A program made the position numbers and the translations under genes. Under the pieces are notes generated by a model. It ran no database searches, was not told the DNA's origin, and saw only the letters and a program-made list of their open reading frames with translations. A stretch of DNA of 63,867 nt, the filler included, from Folioceros fuciformis (lineage: Eukaryota): NCBI GenBank assembly GCA_049999805.1. It is 17 parts of 17 records of this genome, joined end to end, with 100 filler letters (N's around TTAATTAATTAA, not from the genome) between each part and the next. Parts side by side here need not be neighbours in the genome. Positions count along the whole stretch, not along the records: positions 25,944 to 28,572 come from JBNGIO010000293.1; positions 28,673 to 31,384 come from JBNGIO010000294.1; positions 31,485 to 43,045 come from JBNGIO010000295.1; 14 more parts are not named here. One strand, 5' to 3'. Of this stretch, positions 25,844-39,287 are shown piece after piece (the first letter of the stretch is position 1; every line of letters starts with the position of its first letter).

Positions 25844-26789
25844 NNNNNNNNNNNNNNNNNNNNNNNNNNNNNNNNNNNNNNNNNNNNTTAATTAATTAAN
25901 NNNNNNNNNNNNNNNNNNNNNNNNNNNNNNNNNNNNNNNNNNNTTTCGGTCTACAGCGCCATGCCCTAGGCCTAGGAAGCTCACTCGAACGTTTTCTCAC
26001 CTTCGAGAATGCTTCGAGAATGGAAAGATGCGCGGTGCCGGCTGCCCCGGCCCTGCATCAAACCCAAGCAGCCATAGAAGAACCTCCATCAAGTTGCCCT
26101 CGGCTGCTCACTTGTTGTGGTGGCCTTCACGCAGACGTGCGAGCAATCGCCCGACCCCAGCCCCGGCCCCTCGAGTTTTCTTCATGCAACAAAGAGACGC
26201 GGAACCAGGGCAGGCAGTGCCCGAGGCGGGTCCCGGCGGGTGCTCGTGAGCTCAGCGCCCACGCGCTTGCCCACGGGCCGCCCGACCCCACCGCCCCGTC
26301 GATGTCCTCTGCACTCCACATCAAAAGCTCTCGCATGCCTTGTACATCCACGGCGTCTAATCAGCTTCGTTCACAACGAACGTATGTGAATTCTCACACA
26401 TGGTGGTTTGCGTCCAGGGACTGTGTGCCCTTTGCCGCTCGTATGAGGTATATATGCTGTGCGTATGTTGGTAGAAAAAAAAAATGAAAATGCCATCCAA
26501 GTCTATGGAATACCGATTCGGACACGCCCTAGACACCCATGTTTTTTTAGATACGTATTTTATACAGGAATATACGGTAGAATCTACTACACGTACTGAA
26601 CATATCCACGTCACGGTTCCGTACTGAACATAACCACGATACGGGACCTACCTTCGGGTTTAGGTGTAGTCTACGACGTGCACACAGACACACTTAGAAA
26701 ACAGCAACACTTATTCCCCTTCAGTTTTTCAGATCCAGTGTGCATCCACGTGAAAAACTGGATCCTGCATTCCTAAGGAACCAGCCTTA

Positions 26790-26973
26790 TATGTTCTTTC
26801 TTGCAAAACTATCAACACAAACTTTCTGCTTTAGGTGCTTCTCAAAATTCACTTCAGGTATGGAAAAAGCTCTCACAGGTTTATGTTCTTTCTTGCAAAA
26901 CTGCCAACACAAACTTTTTGCTTCAGGTGCTCCTCAAAATTCACTTCATGCATGGAAAAAGCTCTCACAGGTT
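26790..26973. repeat. 92-bp direct duplication
   Basis: atgttctttcttgcaaaact...ggaaaaagctctcacaggt at 26791 and 26883. Confidence 0.85.
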
Positions 26974-27088
26974 TCGAGATGTCCAAGGATTTCGGGCCTC
27001 TATCATCCCCACTAAACAATCATTTTCAAGCCTGCATTTCCATCATACTGCAACTTGAGGTTGCTCCAATAGTTCTGCTCCAAATGAT

Positions 27089-27328
27089 AGCTTAAGAATT
27101 GCAGGTAAAAGAAGCCACAGCAGCAATTACAGCTTAAGAATTGCAGGTAAAAGAAGCCATAGCAGCAATTACAGCTTAAGAATTGCAGGTAAAATTACAG
27201 CTTAAGAATTGCAGGTAAAAGAAGCCATAAAAGCAATTACAGCTTAAGAATTGCAGGTAAAAGAAGCGACAGCAACAATAACAACTTAAGAATTACAGGT
27301 AGAAGAAGCCATAGCAACAATTACAGCT
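27089..27328. repeat. 42-bp minisatellite (~6 units, one shortened to 26 bp)
   Basis: agcttaagaattgcaggtaaaagaagc.. starts at 27089, 27131, 27173, 27199, 27241 and 27283. Confidence 0.9.
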
Positions 27329-27515
27329 GCTCTTATAGGGTTCACAAAAACATCAAGTTCATTAAGCAAGAAGGCAACCTACAATACCTTCCACAAAACG
27401 CCTTCTATAGACTACCAGCGCTGTTGCTACAAAATCTATCTCCCAGTAGCAGATTCACAAAAAACTCCAAAGGTTCACCATCTTTGCAGCACCAAGGCCA
27501 GTGCCTCTAACCTAC

Positions 27516-27957
27516 CTACACCTCCAGACCCTGCACGCCACATGCATCCCTAACCTCGTGATCCCTAGCACTAGAGGCTGCCTCCACATCTGCTGCACAG
27601 TCCCATATGTTTGCCCTCAGCTTGTGCAAATTACTTTCCAGCGACTCCACCACGCCTAGGCTATTGTGCAAAGCATGCACCGCGCCCATTAGGATGTCCG
27701 CGACATTGCCTCCGTTGCTGCCTCCTTCTATTGCGTGTCGCCCTTGTCTGCCACGGGCGGCACCTCGCCGTGGACACACAGGAGTGTCATCCTTCTCCTC
27801 TCCAGAGGAGCACACCTCAGAGTAGGAGAGCTTGCGCCACCGCTTCCGCACCCTTCTCATTGGCAGGATGCTGGACCCAAAACTTTGATCCGCATCACCA
27901 CCCCCCGTCATCCTGCCCTGCACCATTGCCTGGGGTCCCACGGCATTAAGTTCTATC
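27516..27957 (-). other. Possible exon of an unidentified gene or TE gene
   Basis: An open frame of ~146 codons follows a TTTTGCAG acceptor-like site. No recognisable domain. Confidence 0.25.
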
Positions 27958-28672
27958 TGCAAAACATGGCATTCTTCCCCTCCACAGCTAGGTCCCGCGA
28001 GCTTCTGGCATGGAACTCAGATGTGTCAGAAAGAAAAAAATATATGACAGCTGTCAAAAGTTAAAAAACCCTAGTACACCGCTGCATGGTCTTTATCGGA
28101 CGCCCAAATGGCTGCCGATGTAGGCAGGTTTGTGATGCCCAAACATATGGACGATATAAAGAGGGGGCAAAACATTCCATCAAACAACCCTTGGACCGCA
28201 TCGGTATTCCATACAAGTCGCCCGTAACAGAACTTTTATATATGCATGTATGTACGGGGTAGAAGGCCAGTTAAGTTAGTGCGGTAACGAGGTCGTGTTT
28301 CGCACACGGTCCGTTAGCTGCACGTGGGCATCAGGAGGCTGTATGGGGCCTTGTGCGGCGGGCCCTGGCGTGTCCTAATGCGCCCTGGTCCTTGGCCGCC
28401 CTGGCGGGTTCTTCCTTTTTCTGGCTCGGTTATCGAATATGCCGATCTGAGAGGGTGATAAGCACGTCTGCTTATCGCGGTAACCGAGGAGTCAAAGCCC
28501 GGGCCGGGCCGGGCCGGACCGGGCCGGGCACGGACTGGAGCACGGGCTGGGCATGGGGCTGCCGGCGAATAGNNNNNNNNNNNNNNNNNNNNNNNNNNNN
28601 NNNNNNNNNNNNNNNNTTAATTAATTAANNNNNNNNNNNNNNNNNNNNNNNNNNNNNNNNNNNNNNNNNNNN

Positions 28673-30074
28673 CAACAATTTCATGATCTCCCTCAGCGTT
28701 CTGGAGGCTGCGAGGATCAACGGGGTGAAGAGGTTGGTGGTGATCACTTTTTTCCGCTCTATTGTCCGAGCAGGTTTTTGTTCGTTTGTTTGTGAAGGGG
28801 GATCTGACAGTGGAGGGTTTTCTGGTCTAGAGTTTGGGGGGTTTCAGATTCTTTGTGTGGTGCTGGGCAAGGCCGGCCCACAATAGTCGCAATTTTGACA
28901 TGGATAGATCTGGGATGTGGGAGGTTTGTACTGACAGTTGGATCTGCTCCAACAGGTTCTTTTATGCTTCGAGTGCGTGCATCTACCCTGAGTTCAAGCA
29001 GTTGGAAACCAATGTCAGTTTGAAGGAGTCTGATGCCTGGCCTGCCGAGGTACACTCCCAGAGCTTGCTCTGAAACGCAGGGCTTGTTGTGCAACATATG
29101 TTCCATTCATTCGCCTTTAGTTTTCCGGTTTTCACTCGCCTCTCTTGTCATGAAGCCCCAAGATGCGTACGGACTCGAGAAGCTGTCCACGGAGGAGATC
29201 TGCAAGCACTATACCAAGGACTTTGGAATCGAGTGCAGAATCGGGCGGTTCCATAACATCTACGGCCCATTCGGCACCTGGAAGGGTGAGCACTTCACAT
29301 CACCACCTCCTCCGTGTGCTCACATGACATGGTATTTATGGTTCCTGAGAATGGATCGGCTTGCAGGTGGACGAGAGAAGGCCCCTGCTGCATTCTGCAG
29401 GAAGGCTATCACCTCCACCGACAGATTTGAGATGTGGGGTGATGGGAAGCAGACTCGGTCCTTCACTTTCATTGACGAGTGCGTGGAGGGTGTCCTCAGG
29501 TTTGTGTCTGTCTCTCAGCTGTAAACTCCTCGAATCCCAGACGGAAACAGTGTTATGGGAAACTCAGAAATGGCGTCTGTGCTGCTGTTTCAGGTTGACG
29601 AAGTCTGATTTTAGGGAGCCTCTCAACATTGGCAGCGACGAGATGGTGTCCATGAACGAGATGGCTGAAATCGTGTTGAGCTTCGAGTCTAAGAAAATTC
29701 CAATCCACCACATTCCCGGGCCTGAGGGGGTCAGGGGCCGCAACTCTGACAATACCCTCATCAAGGAGAAGCTGGGCTGGGCCCCAACCATGAGGCTAAA
29801 GGTAGGTGTCTCTGGTTTTTTTTTTTTTTTTTTGCATTTTTCCTGACAAGTCCTCGAGATTAATCTTAACTAAGTCGTCGATCGCCTATGCTGACACGTC
29901 TGTGCGCAGGATGGTCTGCGAATAACTTACGCCTGGATCAAGCAGCAGATTGATAAGGAGCGCAGCGAAGGATCCGATTTGAGCGCCAAATATGCGTCTT
30001 CCAAGATCGTCAGCACCCAGGCCCCTGTTCAGCTGGGCTCCCTGAGAGCCGCTGACGGAAAGGAAGGACTTTAG
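28673..30074 (+). CDS. GME: GDP-mannose 3,5-epimerase, 5' end in gap; exons 28673-28732, 28956-29049, 29156-29285, 29367-29499, 29594-29801, 29910-30074
   Basis: Splices cleanly (GT-AG) to FFYASSACIYPE, PQDAYGLEKL, GGREKAPAAFCRK, GPEGVRGRNSDN, APVQLGSLRAADGKEGL*. Confidence 0.96.
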
Positions 30075-30684
30075 GGCAGTCCGGACTTCTTCCAGACCGG
30101 GAGCCTGGCAGAACAGGAGTTGTGAAGTTATTTTTTGACTTGTAATTTTGATCCGCAGCTAGACTGCAGAGAGCGCTATCCGTGTTTACGAGGTCGTCGG
30201 GAATAATGTTGTCCGTTGTGGTCGGAGTTCACCTAACTACATCGGATATTTAGCTTATCTGGACGTGCCTAGTTTTGTTGCAATCTGTCTCTTTACCGTG
30301 AAGGGAGAGAACAATAAGAGCACGTCGCAGTCTACCAACGGAGACCTCATAATGTTTGGTCCTTCGTGACTTGTGCAATGAATAACGGGGGTGCCAGGTA
30401 GAGAAAAAGGGGGCAAATATGCATTCTACTTTCGAGTGGTGTGCTTTCGCTGCCCAAAATAGCTGTATCGGGATAAGCGGTGCCATAATTATGTGCCTAC
30501 GTTATCCGGAATATATGCCATAATTAAGACTGCACCATGAACATTGTCTTCTATCATCTAAACTGCGCTTCGTAGAAAAACTCTTCATCTTCATAGCTCC
30601 CTATGTTCATACAATTGACTGCATTGTATGGTATTTTGTATCATCCTTTATCATGAAATGCTATCTTAATTCTATTCTTCCAGT

Positions 30685-30814
30685 CTTGCATTTTAGTTCT
30701 ATTCCCCAAGGCTTAGTCTTGCATCTTGGTTTTATTCCTCATAGGCTTGCATCTTAGTTCTATTCTCGAAGGCTTAGTCTTGCATCTTGGTTTTATTCCT
30801 CAAAGCTTGCATCT
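30685..30814. repeat. ~60-bp tandem repeat made of ~30-bp CTTGCAT subunits
   Basis: Units start at 30685, 30746 and 30806. Confidence 0.8.
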
Positions 30815-31649
30815 CTGGCTTTTCATAGCAAAGCACAATGTGTGATTTGCTTATATACTATTTAAAGAAAGTATTCAATCTTGGGTCACATGATATAACT
30901 TTGTGAAGGACGCATGGATGCAAGTAGTGATGGAGTTCGGCTAGTACCTATAATCTTGACCTATTGAAATGGCTCATACCACATTCATAAGTTTGGGATT
31001 GAACACACATTCTAAGTTTGAGTAAGATGTTTGAACTATGGGATTGAAGATGATGTTCTAATAGACTTTAATAGAATAATTGTTCTTCTTCTGTTGTGTA
31101 TGTGTAACCAAAGGTGCGGCCTGACCCACGCGGAGGAAATCGGTAGGTGGGGCCTGTTGAGCTTTGACACAAGCCAGGCAGCGGCAGGTGCAGCGTTGTA
31201 TGTATGTGGCTATGGCTGCCTGAAAGCGGGGGCCGTAACGGAGAAGCTTTGATTCCATTGCCACACCCCAGGAGGTAGTGTATGTGGTTTTCAGGAAACC
31301 AAACGAGTCTGGGCACGCAGTTGGGGCGGGCCGGCCTCTATCTTTTCGGCATGGCTGCGCACGCAGAAACCCCCGACATGGAAGNNNNNNNNNNNNNNNN
31401 NNNNNNNNNNNNNNNNNNNNNNNNNNNNTTAATTAATTAANNNNNNNNNNNNNNNNNNNNNNNNNNNNNNNNNNNNNNNNNNNNGGAGTGGAATGCCTGA
31501 GCGCTTCGCCATGTCAGACTGATTCAACGCGTGGATGCCGATCGTTTGCGTGCTCTAAGACTGGTGATCTAGCAGGACTTGGATTCCCTCACAAGACAGT
31601 CGCGCGTCGATCAGCTTCAGACGACGACTTGCAGAGGCAATCGGATCCG

Positions 31650-31883
31650 ATGGCGAAGCTCGCACCTGTTGTGATCTTCCTCACCATGTTCATCATGGTG
31701 TGCCTGCAACTTGTGGCTGTTGCCAGCGCTGTCACAGTGGGTGGCACGTCAGACGATGCAATCTCCGACCACAGGCGGCGGCTTCTATCCTGCAGATACG
31801 GATACGGAACAGTTTGTTGCGTTCCTGGACAACCAGGGTGTTGCTTTCCGTATTACTGCAGCCCTCCTCCTCCTGCAAAATGA
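31650..31883 (+). CDS. Small secreted cysteine-rich peptide precursor (77 aa)
   Basis: ATGGCG start; hydrophobic signal MAKLAPVVIFLTMFIMVCLQLVAVASA; acidic prodomain; RRRLL; then SCRYGYGTVCCVPGQPGCCFPYYCSPPPPAK*. Confidence 0.75.
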   Translation: MAKLAPVVIFLTMFIMVCLQLVAVASAVTVGGTSDDAISDHRRRLLSCRYGYGTVCCVPGQPGCCFPYYCSPPPPAK

Positions 31884-33451
31884 TGAGGGATAAGGATAAG
31901 GAACTCTGCTGCTGCCTTTGTGAGGAAGCGTGGTACCTACAGACAGAATCGACTATCCATTGGGAAAGATGGTTCTTGTTTTCGTTCTTGCACAACACTC
32001 CAGAGATCCGGGGAGGGATAATGTCCCTGCCCCATATCCTCTGGATCTGGAAGATCTTGTTATCACTCCATGGTGTGAATTCCCTATCAGATTCTGCTCT
32101 GGTTGACCGAGTCCATCCAAGTGTCTAGTCCAGTATCTTTGAAGCTGCCCTACCTTGCATACAATAATCACTGGCCTGCTGGATACAAACGCATCAATTT
32201 TGTTCACGTCCATGGTCAGCATCTTCACGTGAAGCTGCTTCCCCTTCCCGTCCACAGGGCTGTCTGTGGTTGCCTGTAAGAGGACCACAACTGTGAACGA
32301 ACGCGGTGCAATCGCGAAGTCCGACACGCTGTGACGCCTTTTAATCTACAGTTTGATTATTGAATTATGTGTATCTGTTTGGAAGAGTATTCATACTGGA
32401 CGAGGTTTAGAGATCTTCGATGTTTATCATCTTCAAGTGTCCGATCACATTGCCAGGACAGAGCATCGCTGAACGTGGTGTGCCTCTGTAGCTCAATTTT
32501 TCTATTCCGCTAACGACAAACATCATGTTTCTGACACTCGACTCGGACTGGATGTTCAAGTCCACTGGTGGCGTCGAAAGTCGTCACACCGGATCCGACG
32601 TGATCCAGATTTGCAGACTATGAGCTGGCCAGAGCATCAGATACCATCCACCACGACGACTTCTCCGGCTTTTGTAGAGCGGAAATTCGCAACTCTTGCT
32701 GGCCCGAGAGTCTCGTGCAGGAACTCGCACGCTGGAGGAAAACTCCAGCCTCCGGCTTTTATTTTCTACTCAGCACAACATGCATGCTGCAAGTACTGTA
32801 CTTGTGCCAATCTAGGCTAAAAGTTTGCTTCATGAACCACCTTGAAAATGGAACGCAGGCTGAGGTTACCTGGAGGAGGTTACAGTACAAGGACACTATT
32901 CAATGTGGCACCAGTCCGTCTTTGATCATCCATCTCCTGCGAAAAAGCCAGATACTTGTTACCAATATGCACCAAATTCCATTTCGGAGGAGCTTTGCTT
33001 AGTGTTCACTTTGGGAGTGACTTTAGTCGACTCTTTGGCTTCTGACAAATTTGCTTCAAGCAACTTTGGCAACAGTTTTAGATCCTTGGGCTCCGGCTAA
33101 GCTGGTCTTGGCCTTTGGCTTTACTTCCCAATGAACGTCCACCGCATTTGCATCCTGATTTGATGATCGAGGTCACCTTGACTCCACCCACATCAAATGT
33201 TAACGAGTTAGTAACCAAGACAAGGCAAGCCAAAGGCTATTAATTTGATTTGCAAATGGCAAGGTTGCCATTTGGAATATACTCGAAGACATCAAAGAAA
33301 TTTCTTTCTCCAGGCAAAAGGCTCACAGTCTGACTACACATTTACGATTTAGTGCCGATAAAATTGTCAGAGCAAGCACTGAGGCTCACCACTAAACAGG
33401 CAGCACCTACTGGAGAAAAATGGACATCTCATTTGACTGGATTGCGGAGTA

Positions 33452-36400
33452 TCAGCTTTTCGACTCCAATGCCACGGAATGGCCATTTTCCACCTGGTCG
33501 GAGTTCTGCTGCTGTCCCCAAAGTTGAGAGTACCTTCCACCGGCCATGACAAGTTTGTCATGGGGCCCACGTTCCACCACTCTCCCCTGTTCTAAAACCA
33601 CAATCTGCGATCCAAGAAAACCGAAATCAGTACACAGCTTGGCCCTTGTATGCACTGGACACGAGGGGCAGATTCAAGGTACTGACATGTCCCGGAAAGC
33701 GGATGGTTAGGTGTGCGTACCTCATCGCACTGCATTGCAGTTGTGAGACGATGGGCCACGAAGATAGAGGTGCGATTCTGGGCTAGCGACCTCACTGCCT
33801 TCAAGATCTCTGCTTCGGTTCTCGTGTCCAAAGAGCTAGTTGCTTCATCACATAACCTTAGGGTGTGATTCACAACCAAAAGTCAGAGACATAATCAAGG
33901 CATGGACGGAGATCTACAACAGGCTTCAGAAGCGCACTGGCACGTAGATGGAGCTTACAGAATTTGAGGAGCCTTCAGAAACGCACGGGCCAGAGCAACT
34001 CGTTGTTTCTCTCCTCCACTCAGCTGCGGTGCGCCACGTGCACATAAAAAAGACAAGAGGTAAGAATCAAAAGCCACACACATAAGGACTGGAGAGGGAC
34101 GGTCAAAATGTGGCACCTTCAAGCCCCTCTCTCCAACTTCCGTTTGGTAACCTTTGGGGAACTTCGATATAACATCATGGATGGCTGCTTGACGTGCTGC
34201 TTCGTAGACCTGCAAGAGTCATGCAACATTAGTGCCTGTATTTGGACACTACAGAACCTACACCGCTCAGAACCATCTCACAAAGCTTCCACTCACCTCT
34301 TCCTCCGTTGCAGAGAGACGTCCATACTGAATGTTGTAGAAAATTGTGTCATTGAACAAAACCTGCAGTGTAGACAAACACAGAAGAGTTACAAACCTTA
34401 GCACCTACTACAAAAGCCTGCCACCCACCAGATGCCCTACTTACAGTATCTTGGGGTACCACAGCTATGGCTTGCCGCAAACTGTCCAACGTCACACCCT
34501 TCACGTCTTGACCATCCACCTTTACCTGTAAATAACCTAGAACCTCGTCACAACCTGTACCAATCAATCTCAAGCTTCTAGTCAAGAGCGTGGTTCATGG
34601 CACTAACCGCTCCAGATTCCGTATCAAAAAACCGATAAAGAAGCCGCAAAATTGTTGATTTTCCTGAAAGGAACCACATCCAGCATTAATCCAATCACGT
34701 CAAACAACAGATCACCAAGGTCTCCCGCAATCAGATGCTTACCACTGCCACTGGTTCCTACGATAGCAAGACTTTGTCCAGCAGGGACATTGAACGATAC
34801 TCCGTTTAAGATTGGTCTCTCCGACGTATACCTGGTAAGGAAACGAGGTCTACGTCAGTGATTTCGATTCCTACCCCTTTGCAACAACAAAGGCGGCTAA
34901 CAGGAAATTACCCATAGGTCACATTGTCAAAAGATATACTTCCTCCGTCTAATCGCAGAGGTTTTGCATAATGTGCATCGCTTATAGCTGGTTTCACCTG
35001 CAACACATTCGAAGGCACAAATTAAATCTGGAACTCACATAACAACATTCTCCCATCAACAACAGCTAACTACCACTGAACCAATATACACCCACCTCGA
35101 GCAAACCGAACATGGCCTGCATGTCAATGAGACTCTGGCGTGTCTCCCGGTACACTGTTCCCAGAAAATTCAGTGGGAGAGACAGCTGGAACAAGAGACC
35201 ATTCACCATCACCTGTAAGGAAGCAAAACACATGTTTCAGACTGTAGACAACATAAGCCGGGACGCATAAACAATCTGCGTTGAATCTCATTAGTGCTGT
35301 GGCGTACCAAATCACCTATTGTCATTTGTCCAGTCATGATGCCCTGACTGCACATCACCATGACCAATGACAAGGCCGTACTGAAGATGGCATTCTGTCC
35401 AAGATTTAGGGCTGAGAGACTGCTTTGAGTCTTCAAGGCAGCATCCTCATACTCTGTTTGCAAATAGACTCCCCGTCAGCATGTGAAACATAGATAACAT
35501 ACCCATGGTCCTACGGTCCCCAATATACAGGGCAAGGATCAGTGGGCCCAAAATTGATGCCTGCAGACTGTCTTTCACATTCTCGACACTCGTGTGACCA
35601 CAGGATCTACATGATAAAAAACAAACACCGAGCAATGGTTTGAGAGACGTACTCTTCAAAAACTTGTCATATCTTTCAGCTTCATGTAGCTCGTTGTTGA
35701 AGTACTTCACTGTCTGTTCGACAGACCACCAAGCCGTAACTTAAGCACCAAATTAGAAACAGATTACATCCAAAGATGCCAACAGAAGGAGGTTTCACCT
35801 CATAGTTGATAAGAGAGTCGATAGCAATGGCACTTGCAGTGTTCTCTGCTTTATTCATTTGCTGCCTGAATTTAGTTCGCCACTGAACAAGCAAAGGGGA
35901 AAAAAAACAATTAACACAATGAGAGTATTCACAAAATCAAACGTTTGAAGGCGATTTGCAAATGCTAACCTGAGTCACAGCTAGAGTGAATACAGTATAT
36001 GCTCCGACTGTAAGAGCAGTAACCGCTGCAAATGGGGCGCCAAACTTGTAGGATAAAATAGCTGCAACCATTGAGATCTGGCAAGGAGGATGAACAAGTT
36101 ACACGTCCCTTACGCTCTCTTAGCCCTGGAGATGCAGGCATATTTGAGCTTACAAACAACAAATGTGAGGGTAATGACGTAAGGGTTCGCACTCACCTCC
36201 AGGAGAGTTGGAACAACATTGAACACCATAGAAGTTAAAATGAAGGTGATTCCACGGGTGCCTCTATCAATTGTTCTATTCAAGGCTCCTGTTTGGCGAC
36301 TGCAAGATCCCCAAGACTCAATAACAGTTCAGGATACATTGACCCACCAAGCCAACAGTTTGTGAAGTCTGTTTACCTTAAATGATAAGTCAAATCGAGA

Positions 36401-37736
36401 TTGTGGAGATGTAAGAACACCTGATGCATCCAGAAGCGAGAGATTAGGATGATACCTCGCTCGGATTATTCAACCAGCCAATGACAGACCAAATAGAGAG
36501 AATCACTACCTGACGTGCAACCTTTCGAATAGTCCCTTGGGCAACTTTAGCGAACACAGCATTCCGAAACTCTACAGAGATGATACCAGAATAGCATAGT
36601 TCAGAAAATTGTCCAACCATATGCACTTCAGGAATCAATTGGCGGACGCTCACAGGACAACATACAGAAAGGACAGTATTAATCAAGGCATCCAGTCATA
36701 ACAAGCTTCGTCCAAAGCCCGACACAGGAGCATACCATTGCAAGCCGTGGCACCTGCTCGTGCTATGCCATAGCCAACCAGAACAGCAGCAGGAGTGCCA
36801 ATCAAAATGGCTGCATTTGTCGCCATGGCACCGGAAGCCGCAGCTCCAGTTGCTGCTGCCAGCCCATCAATTGCATATTTGAACAAGAATGGGACTTGCA
36901 CGTTTAGAACCTGAAGTACACACACAGAAGATGCTTGCAGACGTTGTCAGAGCCCACAACTTACACAAGACCCCCAGCTGTGATGGCAGAGATGACGCCA
37001 TGAAACAGGTGTACCTTGGATCCCACCAAAAGGATAAGAGCCAGAACAACACGAGCACGGAATTCGAAGTTGTCCCTGGGCCATAAGTACGTTGCAAGTG
37101 TCTTCAAAATCCGGAGGTCAGCATCAGCAGCATCTGGCTGTTGTTTAGCTGGCAAATTGATAGATGGCTTTTGAGGAGTAGAATCAACTGGGATTGCAGG
37201 ACTCAAGGCAGCCTTGGTGGCTGAAGAGCAGGATCTGGTGTGCGTGTACGAAGGTCTGGATGGTGTGACCTGGAACAGCAAACCATGCTCTGGTTGTCAT
37301 CCACCCTGCTCCGGGGCAATTCAACACTGAAACAGGAAGCATGACCCAACATCCCAGTGCACAGCTCCAGAATCTAGAAAGCAAGATAGCTTACGAATGA
37401 GCTCCAGTGAAGATTAGAATTGAAGCTGTGGATTGCATGTGAGCTCGGACCCCGCCTTCTCCGCGAGCTGTCATGTTCGAGCAGTGCGACTGCCTGGCCG
37501 CGGGCTCCCAAGTCGAGGCTGCTACCAGTCAAGGTGTGCAGAGGGGCGAGGAGGCGGGCAGGCTGACAGGACGGGGCGTAGTGCCGTGGGCAGGGACTGG
37601 CATAGCTGCGGGGGAGTTGCAGCGCCCGCAGAGTCATGGTGGAGGACGAGAGCCTCGGCGTAGCGCGCAGCCGGGGTACGAGAGCCTCCCACTGCCACCC
37701 TCCCAGCCCGACGCGGGCTCGAGCCAAGCTCCCCAT
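33452..37736 (-). CDS. ATM3: Mitochondrial ABC half-transporter, ATM3/ABCB25 (ABCB7) family, ~20-21 exons
   Basis: Spliced exons give [39 protein letters not shown], Walker [33 protein letters not shown] and AHRL. The N-terminus is R/S-rich like a transit peptide. The first two exon borders are uncertain. Confidence 0.93.
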
Positions 37737-39287
37737 CTGGACCAATGAACGAGCATGAATGACGGGTCACAAGGAGGCCGCGAGAGCCGCTCCCAGCATG
37801 CGGTCACAGGCCTTCCTCTTCCTTACCCACTGTTTACTCGCCACCACAGGAGAGCCAAGGCTGTGAGAGATTTGTCCTAACTTGGCTGTCCCTTGCCCTT
37901 GTTAAGCAGCCTGAATTTGCTGACTACCGCGCGCAATAGCAGATGCTTTGGTTCTTTGTTGCGTCACACAAAGCCTGCTGCGGACAGCCTTTCCACCTTC
38001 CCTGGAACTGCTCTTGCTTGTCTTTGGTAAAAGGTATGGCGTATGCTCATACTGCTCTGTTTCGAGACGGAAGCAGGGAACATGGAGGACAACATCTTGC
38101 ATTTTGGAAACCTTCTAAATTGTGTGCGGCTCAAAAAAAAGAACCTGCAAAGCTGCAGACACGTCGCATGTAGCGTCGTGCCGACGTAAGACCAGAGATC
38201 AAAGTGCGCACCGCAACACACTTCATTCACCAAGTTCTGCTTCTCCTGAGAGCAGATTTGCAACAAGAATTGCCGGGTGAACCCCGCTGGCCAGCATTTC
38301 TGTTAGGGTGGGGTCGCGCAGGAGCCAAGGTTCCAAGATTTCCAGCACACCGCACCTGGCTGGAGAGGAGACGAACAACTCCACAAGCTACGGAAAGGAT
38401 TCATTGGACTGCCTGGCAGCTGGAATATACTGTGATACCTAAGAGAATGGAGTGCTTCTGATTATCTGTCGTACAGTGAGACTGAGAGACAGACATTCGA
38501 CTCTCAACGCTCCTCCATCCGGAGCTGGAAGGGGCCAAGAGGAGGCCTTCCCCGCTGGAAGGTCATGCCGTCGCTGATTCTATTTTTTACCAAAATTGGC
38601 GGCTGATAGTCTCTAATTGAGACTTTTGGTCTACGTTTATTGTTTGTCCGATTCATTGTATCGAATAGTTTTTATCTCCCACTGTCTTGCCCGCTTCTTT
38701 GCCAAAAAAAGACGCAGGCCGTAGATTACAGCCATCCATCAAACGCCTGTCCACTCTCTGAGTGAACATCCAGGCACCACAAAAGAAAAATTTCATCGCT
38801 GCCTTCCGTGGCCAGAAGCCACGTTGGTAAAATCCTGGGCGGCTTGTTTCTCCGGCAGCGTGGTCTTGAATGGGCTGCCACAAAAGTGACGGTGACTGGA
38901 TGTTACGAATTCGGGTACGAAAACTACCAGCCCCGTGGTCAGGGTTCCGCGAATCTCATGATCAAATGAAGAAAAAAACGTCTCAGACTCTCAGCTCCGG
39001 TGTCAACTTGGCGACACAATGCATCAATGCAGGCCTTGGCTGGCAGACGAAAAAAGACCCACATTGACTAGCCTCTTCCATGATGGAGTATGCCATTCCC
39101 CTGCATTGAGAGCCCTGCCCAATCGCTATTTCCCTCCATATGCGTGTGAGTAGTCGTGACTGTGATAAGAGTCGACATGTGCAAAATATGGGTGCCAATA
39201 GTCGGTCAGTCGACAGATCAAACAATAAATACAGGGGATTTTATTGTTGTATCTACACATTTCACCTTTGGTTTCTCAGGGCTTCTA

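Noticed and set aside
27089-27328. CRISPR-like array
   Set aside because: The would-be spacers are short and nearly identical, there are no cas genes, and the context is eukaryotic.
31488-31649. N-terminal extension of the peptide ORF in the track
   Set aside because: It relies on a GTG start. The ATG at 31650 directly precedes the signal peptide.
31953-32327. 124-aa minus ORF converging on the peptide gene
   Set aside because: No ATG at the called start and no recognisable family.
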